NCBI RefSeq assembly: GCF_009914755.1
Contig: NC_060931.1
DNA from: the human T2T-CHM13v2.0 reference genome, Homo sapiens
Reading direction: 5' to 3' (one strand)
Length of the DNA stretch: 64,000 bases
In this document: piece after piece, positions 31,389-46,209 of the stretch
How the letters are laid out: every line of letters starts with the position of its first letter
Numbering within the stretch: position 1 is the stretch's first letter
Program-made: the position numbers and the translations under genes
Notes under the pieces: model-generated
The model's input: only the letters and a program-made list of their open reading frames with translations
Databases searched by the model: none
Told to the model about the DNA's origin: nothing

Positions 31389-31844
31389 TTTCTGTGAAGT
31401 GTAAGGATCACAACAATGTATGCTGTGAAGGAGGAACTGGGAACATACTGTTATAACATCCCTACACCATAGATACCTTTTAACCATGCTATAAATACAC
31501 TATAGATCTAAAATTTTTGCTTTAAAAAATCAGTTATCTTTTGGAGCAATTAGGTATAAAAAACTAATTTTATTTTCCTTTATTTCTTTTTAAATATTCT
31601 TTGTTTCATTGTGTAGATATAAGTTTCTTTCTGGTACCATATTCCTTCTGCCTCAAGGAATTCTTTTAATATGGTTTTTCTCTTAAAATTTCTTGCTATG
31701 TAGGTCTATTGGCAATACATTTTCTCACTTTTTGTCTAACAAAGTCTTTATTTCTCCTTCATTTTTGAAAGATATTTTCCCTCTGTATAAAATTCTGTGT
31801 TGACTCTTTTCTTTCCAGCCTTTCAAAAAGATCACTTCAGGGGG

Positions 31845-32146
<302 letters not shown>

Positions 32147-34093
32147 TCATTTCACTTCATTGTCTTCTGTCTTGCATGATTTCTGACAAAAAGTCTGCTA
32201 TAATTCTTATCTTTGTTCTCCTCTTGTGTCTTTCTTTTCCCTGTGGGTGCCTTTGGGACCTTCTCCTATTTTGTTCTTCAGCAATTGAACATGGTATGCT
32301 TGTGTGTCTGTGTACACAAATGCACTTATATTGGCATTTATTTATAGAGTATTCTTGAACTTCTCAGATCCATGGTCTGGTTTTTCTAATTAATTTTGGA
32401 CCAATTAATTCTAATTAATTCTTAGCCAATATTTCTTCAAACATTTCTTCTCCTCAAATCTTTGTCATACTTTTGGGGTTTCAATAATGCCTATGTTAAG
32501 CCATTTTACATTGTACCATAACTCATGGATGCTCTGTTCCTTTTATTTTTGCTTTAGTTATATCTGGTTCATTTTGTAAAAATTCTATTAATCCATCTTT
32601 ATATTTATTAATGGTTTTTAATCTACTGATGAACATGTCAAAAGTGTATTTTATCCACATTTATATTCATTTTTATTTTTAGCATTTCCATTGATTCCTG
32701 TCTTGAGTTGCTGCAATAGCCCATTTGATCCTACATGCTGTTCACCTTTTCCATTCATGCCTGTAACATAGTCATAGTTATTTTAAATTATCTGTTAGAC
32801 AGGTCTGTGTCTAAGTGGTTCTTTTGATTGCTTTGTCTCTTGCCTTTCCATATTCCTCATCCTTATTTGTTGATAGCTGAACATCTCCTGCAGAATAGTA
32901 GAGAGTTAGGTAAACAGTTTTGCGCTTGGAAATTGGCTTTTTTTTCCTACTCCTTGGCCTTTCTTTGGAAGTTTGTTTTAATCTAGTTAGGTCTTGGGCT
33001 GGGTTTGGGATTCGTTGTTGTTTATTTATGTTGAGTGTACCACTGGCCTCAGATTTATCAGTACCTTGGGTTTAGGATATTCTTCTTTGTTCTTAGTTCT
33101 TCTTTGTCCTCGGCTTCAGCCAGGGACTATGTTCTTTGGTCTTGGGAGTGTGGCTTTGAGGAGTGCCCCTTCTCTGACTGCTGTGGTTCTGAGCCTAGAA
33201 TATATTACTGCTGATTCTCTGGGATAGATGAGTTTTCCCATTTTCATACACCAGTTGCAATGAGTATTCATCTCGGCCTGAGGGTGACAGCTTTTGTTGT
33301 CTTTCCCACGGCAGATTAAGACTTTTTATTCCTTCATGGACACGGGGCAGTAGAGTCCAGGCTGAGTCCAGCATCTCCTCTGCAGAGGCTGGTTCTCCCC
33401 TCCCTCAGGCAGCACCTTTGAGAAAGTTTTCTCTGCACTCTTCCCAGGCTTCCCTGTGAATGCCTGGATTCACAAAGAAAAAGTCTTCAAGAGAATATGA
33501 ACCCTGCCTTCTCCGCATAGAAGCAGCCCCCAGGGACTCCATTGTCCCTCACCAACCCACACTTGACCTCTACCAATTCACCTGTTATTCCAGCTGAGTC
33601 CTTCCTATTGACGTCTGACTTGATCTGAATCAACTAAGCAAGTGTGTTCAAACCCTATTTCAGCCTGTAGTCTTGTATCTCTTCTTAGATTTGGATTACT
33701 TGGTTGTCCTGCAATATCTTCTCTCTAGTGGATTTTAAAAAAGTGAGGAGCTCACACTTCTGGCTTTTTTTCTCCTGTTTTAAAGTTGGGTGTAACCCTC
33801 CAGCTCTTCCTGAGCAGAAACTGGAAAGTAACCTCACAGTTTAAGTTAATGCTTGTTAGTCGATGATTCCCAAGTTTAAATCTCCTAGAATTACCCCTTT
33901 CCAGAGCTAGAGACATTCATAGCCAGCTCCCTACTGAGTGTCTCTACTTGGTCCTATCACACGGATGATTACATTTTCCTCCAAACTATTCCTTTCTCTT
34001 TCTTCCCTATGTTAGTAAATCACACCATTATGTGTCCCAATTATGCTAGAATATTGAGTAACTTCCACTGGAAACACTACTGTTTAACATAGT

Positions 34094-35993
34094 CCCTCTC
34101 CCCTCTCCCCTCTCCCCTCTCCCCTCTCCCCACGGTCTCCCTCTCATGCGGAGCCGAAGCTGGACTGTACTGCTGCCATCTCGGCTCACTGCAACCTCCC
34201 TGCCTGATTCTCCTGCCTCAGCCTGCCGAGTGCCTGTGATTGCAGGCATGCGCCGCCACGCCTGACTGGTTTTGGTGGAGACGGGGTTTCGCTGTGTTGG
34301 CCGGGCCGGTCTCCAGCCCCTAACCGCGAGTGATCCGCCAGCCTTGGCCTCCCGAGGTGCCGGGATTGCAGACGGAGTCTGGTTCACTCAGTGCTCAATG
34401 GTGCCCAGGCTGGAGTGCAGTGGCGTGATCTCGGCTCACTACAACCTACACCTCCCAGCCGCCTGCCTTGGCCTCCCAAAGTGCCGAGATTGCAGCCTCT
34501 GCCCGGCCGCCACCCCGTCTGGGAAGTGAGGAGTGTCTCTGCCTGGCCGCCCATCGTCTGGGATGTGAGGAGCCTCTCTGCCTGGCTGCCCAGTCTGGAA
34601 AGTGAGGAGCGTCTGCGCCCGGCCGCCATCCCATCTAGGAAGTGAGGAGCGCCTCTTCCCAGCCGCCATCACATCTAGGAAGTGAGGAGCGTCTCTGCCC
34701 GGCCGCCCATCGTCTGAGATGTGGGGAGCGCCTCTGCCCCGCCGCCCCATCTGGGATGTGAGGAGCGCCTCTGCCCGGCCGAGACCCAGTCTGGGAGGTG
34801 AGGAGCGTCTCTGCCCGGCCGCCCCGTCTGAGAAGTGAGGAGATCCTCCGCCCGGCAGCCGCCCCGTCTGAGAAGTGAGGAGATCCTCCGCCCGGCAGCT
34901 GCCCCGTCTGAGAAGTGAGGAGCCTCTCCGCCCGGCAGCCACCCCATCTGGGAAGTGAGGAGCGTCTCCGCCCGGCAGCCACCCCGTCCGGGAGGGAGGT
35001 GGGGGGGGGTCAGCCCCCCGCCTGGCCAGCCGTGCCGTCCGGGAGGGAGGTGGGGGGGTCAGCCCCCCGCCCGGCCAGCCGCCCCGTCTGGGAGGTGAGG
35101 GGCGCCTCTGCCTGGCCGCCCCTGCTGGGAAGTGAGGAGCCCCTCTGCCCAGCCAGCCGCCCCGTCCGGGAGGGAGGTGGGGGGGTCAGCCCCCTGCCCG
35201 GCCAGCCGCCCCGTCCGGGAGGGAGGTGGGGGGGGTCAGCCCCCCTGCCCGGCCAGCCGCCCCGTCCGGGAGGTGAGGGGCGCCTCTGCCCGGCCGCCCC
35301 TACTGGGAAGTGAGGAGCCCCTCTGCCCGGCCGCCCCCCCGTCTGGGAGGTGTGCCCAACAGCTCATTGAGAACGGGCCAGGATGACAATGGCGGCTTTG
35401 TGGAATAGAAAGGCGGGAAAGGTGGGGAAAAGATTGAGAAATCGGATGGTTGCCGTGTCTGTGTAGAAAGAAGTAGACATGGGAGACTTTTCATTTTGTT
35501 CTGTACTAAGAAAAATTCCTCTGCCTTGGGATCCTGTTGATCTGTGACCTTACCCCCAACCCTGTGCTCTCTGAAACATGTGCTGTGTCCACTCAGGGTT
35601 AAATGGATTAAGGGCGGTGCAAGATGTGCTTTGTTAAACAGATGCTTGAAGGCAGCATGCTCGTTAAGAGTCATCACCAATCCCTAATCTCAAGTAATCA
35701 GGGACACAAACACTGCGGAAGGCCGCAGGGTCCTCTGCCTAGGAAAACCAGAGACCTTTGTTCACTTGTTTATCTGCTGACCTTCCCTCCACTATTGTCC
35801 CATGACCCTGCCAAATCCCCCTCTGTGAGAAACACCCAAGAATTATCAATAAAAAAATAAATTTAAAAAAAAAAATAAATAAAAATAAAAAAAAATAAAT
35901 AAAAAAAAATAAAACATTAATAGTACAAGAAAAGTAAAAAAAAAAAAATAAATGTCATACAATATTTTTATCAAAAAAAAAAAAAAAAAAAAA
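34094..35993 (+). mobile_element. Full-length SVA, SVA_F-like
   Basis: (CCCTCTC)5 head, Alu-like region, GC-rich VNTR (~34500-35345), SINE-R, AATAAA and poly(A); SVA_F-type positions recalled from consensus (gggccaggatgacaatggcggctttg, accaatccctaatctcaagtaatcaggg, gtcccatgacc, aagaattatcaataaa); TSD aacatagt at 34086-34093 and 35994-36001, inside an L1 ORF2 remnant. Confidence 0.95.
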
Positions 35994-36019
35994 AACATAG
36001 TACTGGAGGTCCTGACCAA

Positions 36020-36960
36020 GATTGTGTGAGGTAACAGATGTATTAATTAGCTTGATTGCTATTATTTCACAATGTATGCATATATCAAAATATCACCTTG
36101 TATACCTTAAATATACACAATATAAAGAACATAAGAAAAAATAAACAGGAACAACAAGGTACGGGAAGTAAGCTATAACTGTTATCATTTGTGGACACCA
36201 TGATCTCATGTACAAAACCAGCAAAAACTCATAATTACAGCTAATGAGAAAGCTTTGAGATCAATGGGTACAAGACCGACCTATGAAAATCAATGATCTT
36301 TCAGCAAGTAAATCAGAGCCATAATTTCTAGGAAGACAATTCTACTGTATGGTACCATTCCGATAATGAAGAAGAACCTTATTTACTCAAAGGCCAATTT
36401 AACTGGTGACCAAATTGCTAAGTGGACATTTTGATTAATTTACCTCCTTTTCACTATTTACTATTCAGTTTGGTGTTAGAATTAACCTATTAGATTCATA
36501 GAATTGGGGTGTTAAGCCCAGGTCTGAATTTGTTGTTGTTAAAATTGTCTTTATTAAAATTAAGAGCTTTTAACCATCAAAAGTGACCATTAAGAGACTG
36601 AAAAAGTAGTCATAGGTGGTAAATACACTGCAATGCATATATCTGACAAAGAACTCTTTTCAAAATATATTTAAAAATCATTTTTTTTCAAAAGACAGAT
36701 AACTGAGCTAAAAATAAAACAAGCAAAAGATTTGAAGACAATATACACGGCCAATAAGCATAAGTGTTTAATGTTCACTAGTCATCAAGAAAACGTAGAT
36801 CAAAACCACACTGAGATACCTCCATAACCTCACTTGAAGCCCCACATCCAGAAGGGTGATAACATCAAGTGTTGAAGCCCTTATATAAACCAGCACAACT
36901 GCCTTGAAAAACTCTTTGGTAGTATAATACTAAAGCTGATCTCATGCCTACATATGAACG
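36020..36960 (+). mobile_element. Old L1 fragments
   Basis: tattaattagcttgattg..atttcacaatgtat..tatatcaaaa.atcaccttgta (L1 3' end); atatctgacaaagaact, aaaagatttgaa, aaaaccacactgagatacc. Confidence 0.65.
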
Positions 36961-37661
36961 AACAGACATACAAAGGAACCTCGTGATCTTAGGCAAGTTA
37001 CTTAATATCTCTGAGTTCTCCTTACAAATGCACTTCCTGAGATTACTGAGAGGGTTAAGTGAGATAAAATATTATATGTTTCTGGCATATGGTACCCTCT
37101 CCTTTAATCCATGGATAAACCTTTTCCTTTTTCTTTCCTAATTACCATCAAGAACTTCTTTTTCTTTTCCCAGGTTGCTGTACTTAACAATAGAAAATTA
37201 AAAATTCCCTTTCCACAGTAAATGTACATTATTTATTTTAAACTCTATCTTCATATTGTCTAGATGTTGGTTTATTGATCATGAACTAACTTTCTAGCTT
37301 ATTCCCTCTGGGGATGAGAATTCTACACCTAGATTCAAATACTTTTTTGTCTGCAACCCTAGTTCCATTATCAATTTTCTAACAGTGAGCCTTCTATTTC
37401 AGATATTGAAATACTTTTCAAGTTCTTAAAAGACCTCATGCTTGTCTCAATTTTGACTCACCCCACATTCTTCACCACCCAGGTGCTGCCCCACCTGCCA
37501 CAGGGCCACATCTGTTCCAGGTGTTCATTTTATAAGACACAACACAATAGATACATACAGAGCTCTCAACACAATACTGCTGCAAAGAAACTCCAATGTG
37601 GAATGATGCACATTTAAAAATGTGTGGCATTTGAGCTATTCTTGTCCAGAATGAGACATCA

Positions 37662-38019
<358 letters not shown>

Positions 38020-39324
38020 TCACTTTTTTGAAAGTTGGGTAACACATAAGTTTTAGACTTGAATGTTCTGTCCTTATCATCAAAATTGCATTTATTGTAG
38101 CATTTTACACAATTTGTCTCTTAAAATAAGAGCTATAATGTAACTGGTAGAAGGAAAGTGCACATTTTTCTGCTCTTCTTGGTAAGTGGAAGCGTTTGCC
38201 TCACAGCATCACTTGGATAATCAAGGAGGAATTTCTGGGCTTCATACACCATTTACTTTTCACCCCCGACCTCCTTCTTTTCTAGCTAGTAAATGTCATA
38301 GTGACATTTCCTTGTTTGTAATAACACATCATTTAAAGACTAACTAGGTCATTCTGCCTTTTCCATCAATCTTTTTCTTGACTTTCCTCAACTTAGGGCC
38401 CCACAACCCACAACCCCGTAGAATGGTAACTCATAGCTCAGTCACTGATTTTTTCAAATTATTATGTGGCTTGTGACATGGATGGTGTACCTTAAAGAGA
38501 ACAAGACGTTTCATTGATACAGAATCACTAAAATGTGTGAGCCAGGAAATATATTTCGGTTTTTGCTTGTTTTTTTAAAAAACTTTTATTGTTTTTATAA
38601 TGATACAGATTGTAGCTTTTTTTACTGTTACTATTTGATTCTGGCGAGTTTGCCTCTATTACCCTAAAGTCAGGGATGAGAAACTCAGCATGTGTGAATA
38701 TTATTGAATTTATTATTTTGAATTTTAGTAAGTAAATGTCATTCAGCAATATAAATTTGCTAGATTAAAAAAAACTCATGGATTCTTTATAGAGTCACTC
38801 TTGTATCTTCACTGTCAAAGCTCTGCAGCATCATCATTAATAAACATTTATTGAGCATGTTTAATGGCAAGGTTCTATTGTTTGTTCCAGAAAGGAAAAT
38901 ACAGGCACACATAAAAACTTAGTTCCCAACTTTTTAATGATATAGCTGAGTAGATAAGATAAACATAAAATATATTTAGAAATAGAACATTGGTATTGGC
39001 TAGACCTCTGGAGACTACTTAATACAACAACTCAATGCAAGTGGCTAAAGTTTGGAGATGATAAAGCTTGTTAATGGCCACATAGCAAAAGTAGATAGCA
39101 CAGCTGACAATGGGAACCTCATTCTCTTTGTTCCTATTTCAAGTCTCCTTTCCAAATGAATGGCACCAAAATGTCTAACCCCAGTTCAAAGAAATGAGAG
39201 GCTGTTATGTGCAAACTACCACTAAGACCGTTTTCACGAAATGAAAGGCTTCTACTGATTTGTCAATCATAAATGACAAAATTATTTAGTACGTTACATA
39301 TGACTCAGCAAAAGAAGTGGAGCC

Positions 39325-39495
39325 TTACCACTCAAAATGTGGTCATAGGACCAGCAGCATCAGCATCATTTCGGAGCTTTCTAAGAAATGCAGAATCTTG
39401 GGCTCCACCCTAGACCTACTCAATCAGAATCCACATTTTAACAAGCACACCAAGATGGTGTGTGTGGACACTGATGTTTGAGAAGAAGCATTGCA
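39325..39495. mobile_element. MER5A-like hAT-Charlie MITE
   Basis: accagcagcatcagcatca..gagctt..agaaatgcagaatct.gg..ccaccctagacctact.aatcagaatc..cattttaacaag. Confidence 0.8.
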
Positions 39496-39802
39496 ACAGG
39501 GGGAGGATTTTATTGTGAAAAGGATAAGTCATTCAAGGGTTCCCTCTTTCCATAAGCATGAGCACACAAGCAATTGCAGTACGGTGTGTAAAGAAAATGA
39601 GATTTTTCCACTTTGGTGAGGCGACTTGTGTTTTTTAGGTAAAATAAAGTATCAAGTAAGAAGCTGTGTCCTCCACTGCTCTGCTGAAACCTCAACTCTG
39701 CCGTGAATCCTTTTAAAATCACATAAACCAAAATACATCCTCCTGATACACCCCCTGAATGTAGATAGCACTGACAATTTACATACATCATCAACTACCT
39801 AG

Positions 39803-40133
<331 letters not shown>

Positions 40134-40928
40134 TAAAAGCTGTAAAAATGGTTGCCAAGTGTCCCTGCAGCCCAAGGTGACCTGTTACATTATTTAAAAA
40201 ATAATAAAGGGTATGAAATTGGTTAGCGCACATTTACAATAATCCACAGGAAACCTCCAAATAGAGAGTGAGTGGAATTATCTGGCACCCTCATCTTTTG
40301 GGTGGAGGAAGAAGGGACTAAGGGCTGTGCAACTGGGTCAGGAAAAGGAAAGTACAGGTTTCCTCTCAGCACAAGCCAAAGGAGAAGGTGTCACAGAGCC
40401 ATTCGGTGTCACAGAGCCTGAAACGGGTGCTTTGGAGAACAGAGAGTCCTTCAAGCATAAGCAATGCTACCTAGATCCCACCTGGAAAAATCTCAGGCAG
40501 CCCCATGTGAAGAGAGGGGACTGTATTGGAAGCAAGCTGTGTCGGTTCTGGTGATGGTGGGAAAATGTGGGTGTTTCTCATAAGCCAGAAGTGAACTACA
40601 TGGGGGAATCCCAAGAGCCATTTTGTAAGGAACTCCACCCAATAGAGCCAAAGGACCAGAAGAGGGTAAAGACAGGAAGTGTGAGGATGTGTGAAGGCAT
40701 CACAGTGAGAGAAAAGGCTAAAAGCCATCTTCCAACATTCTATGTGAGGGTCTCCAAAGAAGCTCTCCAAAAGCTCCCCATGAGAAAAAGTGCGGCTTTG
40801 TGTATTTGTCACATCCAGAGAGACCCATCACCAGATGAGATCCATAACCACCATGTGATGCTGTATCCTTTCTCTCATCTCTCCTCCCCCTGAACCCAAC
40901 CTTGGAGAAGTGAGAAATTAAGACTGGT

Positions 40929-41165
40929 GAGTGCAGAGGAGGAGCAAGGAACATGCCAGGGAGGATTGACGAGTGCAGAGGAGGAGCAAGGAACAGGCCA
41001 GGGAGGACCAGCGAGTGCAGAGGAGGAGCGAGGAACAGGCCAGGGAGGACCAGCGAGTGCAGAGGAGGAGCGAGGAACAGGCCAGGGAGGACTGGCGAGT
41101 GCAGAGGAGGAGCGAGGAACATGCCAAGGAGGACTGGAGAGTGCAGAGGAGGAGCAAGGAACATA
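40929..41165. repeat. 42-bp VNTR, ~5.6 copies
   Basis: Unit gagtgcagaggaggagc(a/g)aggaaca(g/t)gccagggaggac(ca/tg)gc starting at 40929, 40971, 41013, 41055, 41097, 41139. Confidence 0.95.
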
Positions 41166-42650
41166 GCAGGAAGGGGGCCAAGAGAAGGGCCTCCTGTCTT
41201 CCCTTCCCCAGTGCAGGTTTCCAGACCCACAGCCGCTCAAGCTCACAGAGAGGAAAAGTTTCTCTCTGAATGAATCCTGAAGCTAATAATGTTATATTAG
41301 ACTAGGCCGGGCATTTTAATTTTGTAAATGATACTATTTGTGATGCGAAAGAGCCAGAAAAAAAGCTATGTTATCTTCAAAAATCAGTGTGATTCTGTTT
41401 AGAACTAGACAGAGTTTTGTTCTAAAGGGACAGCTGGAGAAAAGAATAAGGCTGTTTTATGATTGTTCCTGGAGTCTAACTTACCCATATAACACAAGTG
41501 AATTCATGAAAGGGTGGAGATCATGTCTAATGCTTATTGAAGCTGCTAAGGTACTTTGCACATTACACATCATTTTCGTTAGAGCTTATTTGATTGCAAG
41601 AAAATAGATGCCTATACAAAGTAGCTCAAATAAAAACAACAAACAAATGTATTATGGATGTAACCTACATTTTCTGAGACCCGTTGGGCAGTCTGAGCTC
41701 TTATCTCTCCCAACTTGCACCTCTGCGCAATGTTACATAAACTACGCAACTCCAATTGCCACAAAACGCCCAAATCCAGCTCTATAACACATTAGTAAAC
41801 CCAGAAGATTTCTATTCACACTTTTCTAAAAAAAGCAAGATACAATACAGTAACACTTCCATTCTGCTCCCCAAAGTATATCTCCTGGCTGCCAGCAACA
41901 TCATCTTTTTTTCCTTGTTCCCTTTTGTCTCTTGCCACAAAGCCTCATAGATACCCTCTATTTTTCTAACAAATTCAGTTCTGGCGAGCTCTAACCAATA
42001 CTAACCTGGGAAATAGCCATCACTCCCACTTCTACTTAGAAAATAATTCAGAAGAATTCAGAAGACCTTTTTTTTTTTTTTCTTACTTGTACCTCCTGGG
42101 ATGCAAAGTAAGAATGCAAAGAGGCTTATAGAAAAGTTTGCTCAACAAAAACAGTTTTATTTGGTGGTAATGGGGAGTGAGAGTAAAAATGGGAAATCCC
42201 ACTAGGAATTAATGGTTTTTCTTCATTTTCTGTCACTTTTACGTAATGGTACATTTCAGAACACTGAGAGTTGGAAAGGAAGTAAATGGAAGTAAAGACA
42301 AATTTCACATGACTGCATCAGGAAAGTGAGAAAGTGAGGGCGGGATCTTCACTTTTCAGGGCCTCATGATTTCTGTGATCTCTGCTGCTCTCCGCTTTCT
42401 CTTCTCCCAGTGGTCATCCCTGGGCTGCTCATGACCATGCACGGCTGTCAGTCTAGTATCTTATACAGCCTCCTTCAAATTCTCATTGTAATCTCTATGT
42501 CTTTGTTCAAGTTTCCAAAAGAGAGGATTTGATTGGCATGGCTCAACTAGTGGCTTTATTCCCCTGGGAGTGCTTGTTCAACCTTGGTCTGTATCTAGGA
42601 GAAGACAGAGTCCTGTGTTTCAAATAGGAGAGAAGAGACTGTGGGTGGGG

Positions 42651-42968
42651 TTTTTTTTATTTTATTATTATTTTTTTTGAGATGGAGTTTCGCTCCTGTT
42701 GCCCAAGCTGGCATGAAATGGCACGATTTTGGCTCACCGCAACCTCCACCTCCCGGGGTCAAGCGATTCCCTTGCCTCAGCCTCCTGAGTAGCTAGGATT
42801 ATAGGCATGCACCACCATGCCCAGATAATTTTTTTTTTTTTGTATTTTTAGTAGAGACAGGGTTTCTCCATGTTGGTCAGGCTGGTCTCAAATTCCTGAC
42901 CTCAGGTGATCCACACGCCTTGGCCTCCCAAAGTGCTGGAATTATAGGCGTGAGCCACCGCACCAGGC
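42651..42968 (-). mobile_element. Alu (AluSp-like)
   Basis: Antisense Alu with ggctcaccgcaacctcc and gggtttctccatgttggtcagg. Confidence 0.95.
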
Positions 42969-44199
42969 GGGTAGAGTCTTAATCCCTTAGAAGATAAGTG
43001 GCCTGGGAAGCAATGAATAACACCTGTATTACACAGATGTCCAACTGGCAGTTTATGAATAGGTTAAGTAAGAAATGTTGCACCACTACAAAAGCCTACA
43101 TAGGATGGAAGAAGATATTAAAAGTTGCTTTATTGTTTTTATTTTTTCATATCATGTTGCTCTTTATGATTTCTCAGGCTTTTGACCATTGTAAAGGGGA
43201 AGTAAAGCTTCAGAGTTCCTGTACTGCAGGGAATTAGAATCTATTCTCTGTGGTTACAAATACAAATTAACAGAAGTAAACATAGAAAATGTTATGTAAT
43301 AACTGTCTATTAAAACCCTATAGGGCCCTTGAGTTGCAAAGGATTACAGTTATCATGTGGGGAAGCGGAAAATGTTTTTTACACTGACTTTAGTCTGCAT
43401 ATTTCTATGACTGCAGGACATGTAACTAGAAGAGTAAGCAATAAGTCCTGTTATCTTTGGCAAGCCTTTCCTACCTAAACCACACTGACCACTCTTTCCC
43501 CTGACCAACCAAAATGCTACAATTTGGATTTATTCCTTTTCAGTGTCCCTGGGTATTTTATTCTGTTGTTTTCTGCCTTGTTTGTGCACACACAGACTCA
43601 CTAATAAAAATAATAGTTTCTTAGTTATTTTTAAAGGAATAATAGCAAGGAGTCCAATGCTTATGAAGTATAGAAATAGTATTCAGCATTGGATAAATTA
43701 ATAGATATGTGGGTTGAAGGAAGCACGGATCGATGCTTGCTGAATAAAAGATTGAATAGTATTCAATATTTATACATTTTTAGTTTGAAAACATTTCTTG
43801 ATTTTATTAGCTTTTGACCATAAGTGATACACACGTAACTGTGTAGCACAATTTCCTCAGTCAAAAAAAAGGGGAGATAAATACTTACCTATTTACCTCA
43901 GTGGCTGTTGCAAGATGAAATAAGGTGACATTCATGAAAAAGTTTGGAAAAGTGGAAGCATGGAGAAAGAAATGTCAAATTGTTGACACGCTTTTCATTT
44001 CATAGTGTCTTCCAGTCTTCAGACCTCAAATAATTCATGTCAGATATGCAGAGTATGGGTTTGTCTTAGTTATATTTAACTTATTCAATATATTTAGCAT
44101 AAAATTTAGCCTAATTTAAAATTTCTCATACATTTTAGGCCCATTTTATTTTAAAGTCATGATTTCTAAAATCAAAAGGTATGTACTAACAAATTTTCC

Positions 44200-45650
44200 C
44201 AGAGATTTTCACTTCTAGTCAAAATAGAGAAACAGGAAATGGATGAATCCTCCTGCCCGAAACAAATAAATCTTGTACAAACATAGGAAACAACATATTT
44301 CGAGACACTGGATATCAAAGAAAGCGAAGGAGGACACTGATTTCTGATAGATGGGGAGTAAATGAGGAGAGTCCCATTTATCCCGAGCTTACTGCCTTAG
44401 AGAGTTTTCAGACTAAAGCGGATGACGGACAACCTAGGTGGGGCCCAGGAGACTCTGAGCTAAACAGATGGAGCTGAGAGTCTGGGGAGAACAAGGCAGC
44501 TACAGTTTGCGCTAAAGGGTCTGAAAGAGGAGCAAGCAACACGGAAAGAGAGCTTTGGAGATCTGCTGAGGGCCCCCTGAAAATTAGCTGAATACAGAAC
44601 AGGGCACGCATGAGAGAAACTCTCCAAGGTTGGGGAAAGAATAACCTGGAAGGACTGGAGGCAGTGGTGCCCTGACACTCACACAGGACAGAAAATAGTA
44701 CCTGCTCAGATAAGCCACTCTCAAACAATCTCATGATTCATGGACATTTCATAGAATACGCAAAAGGGCCCTATTTTTGTAGTGGGGATAATTAGCCCTA
44801 AAACTGAGCATAGGGATAATTATAATCATAGTTAATTATAATTAATATTACATTTCCACCCAGTAAATCTTTAAAGCTAGACCTGAAGGAATCAGATTAC
44901 TTCCAGGGGCCTTAACTGAGTACCAGAAAAATAGCTCTGAAGTAGGTTTAGGAATATTCGAATATCCAGCATGTACAAGATAAAATTCACAATATCTGGC
45001 ATCCAATCAAAAATTACCAGGCTTGCAGAGAAGCAAAACAATACAAATCTCATTCAAGGATGGCATTTGATCAATTGAAATTGACCCAGAGCTGATGCAA
45101 CTTTTAACATTAGTGGAGGTGGACATTAAAACAATTATTACAGCTGAATTCCATATGTGCAAAATGTTCAATGAAGACATGGACAACATTAACAAGACCC
45201 AAATCAAAATCCTAGAGAGGAAATGGATACTGTGCACAACAAAAAATACACTGGGTGGGATTCACAACAAACTAGTTATTGCAGAAGGAAATATTAATGA
45301 ACTTGAAGACATAATAATAAAAATAATCCAAAATAAAACCCAGGGAAAAGAAAAATTTAAAAATGAACAAAGCATCATTGGGATATGTTAAAACTTCAAG
45401 CAGCCTAATATACATGCACTTGAAACCTGACAGAGAACACACTCACACACATACAGAGAGAGAGAGAGAGAGAGAGATACAGAAACAGAGAGAGACAGAG
45501 AGAGAGACAGAAACAGAGAGAGAGAGAGACAGAAACAGAGAGAGAGAGAGACAGAAACAGAGAGAGAGAGAGAGAGAGAGAAGTGGAAGCAGGGAAATAT
45601 TTGCAGAAATAGTGCCCCCAGATTTCCAAATTTGATGAAAAGGATAAACT
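44200..45650 (+). mobile_element. Old L1 5'UTR/ORF1 remnant containing a (GA)n-rich microsatellite at ~45445-45582
   Basis: ORF1-like peptide KNTLGGIHNKLVIAEGNINELED; gaaatatttgcagaaatagtg..atttccaaatttgatgaaa. Confidence 0.7.
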
Positions 45651-45845
45651 CATAGATACTTAAAAAGCACTTGCCTAACTCAAAGGTATTTTATGTTTTC
45701 TTCTAGAATTTTCCTAGTTTTAGATTGAACATTTTTATTTATGATCCATTTCGAGTTAATATTTTCATATGGTGTTAGGATATATCAAAGTTCTTTTTTT
45801 CACATATGGTTATCCACATTGCAAGCATCTTCAAAAGTCATTGTT

Positions 45846-46202
<357 letters not shown>

Positions 46203-46209
46203 CTATATA

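Noticed and set aside
34046-35860. Many 60-167 aa ORFs on both strands
   Set aside because: They all lie within the GC-rich SVA VNTR, Alu-like or SINE-R regions; repeat-derived, not genes.
40929-41165. CRISPR-like or coding interpretation of the 42-bp array
   Set aside because: Head-to-tail minisatellite with no unique spacers, in human DNA with no cas genes and no exon context.
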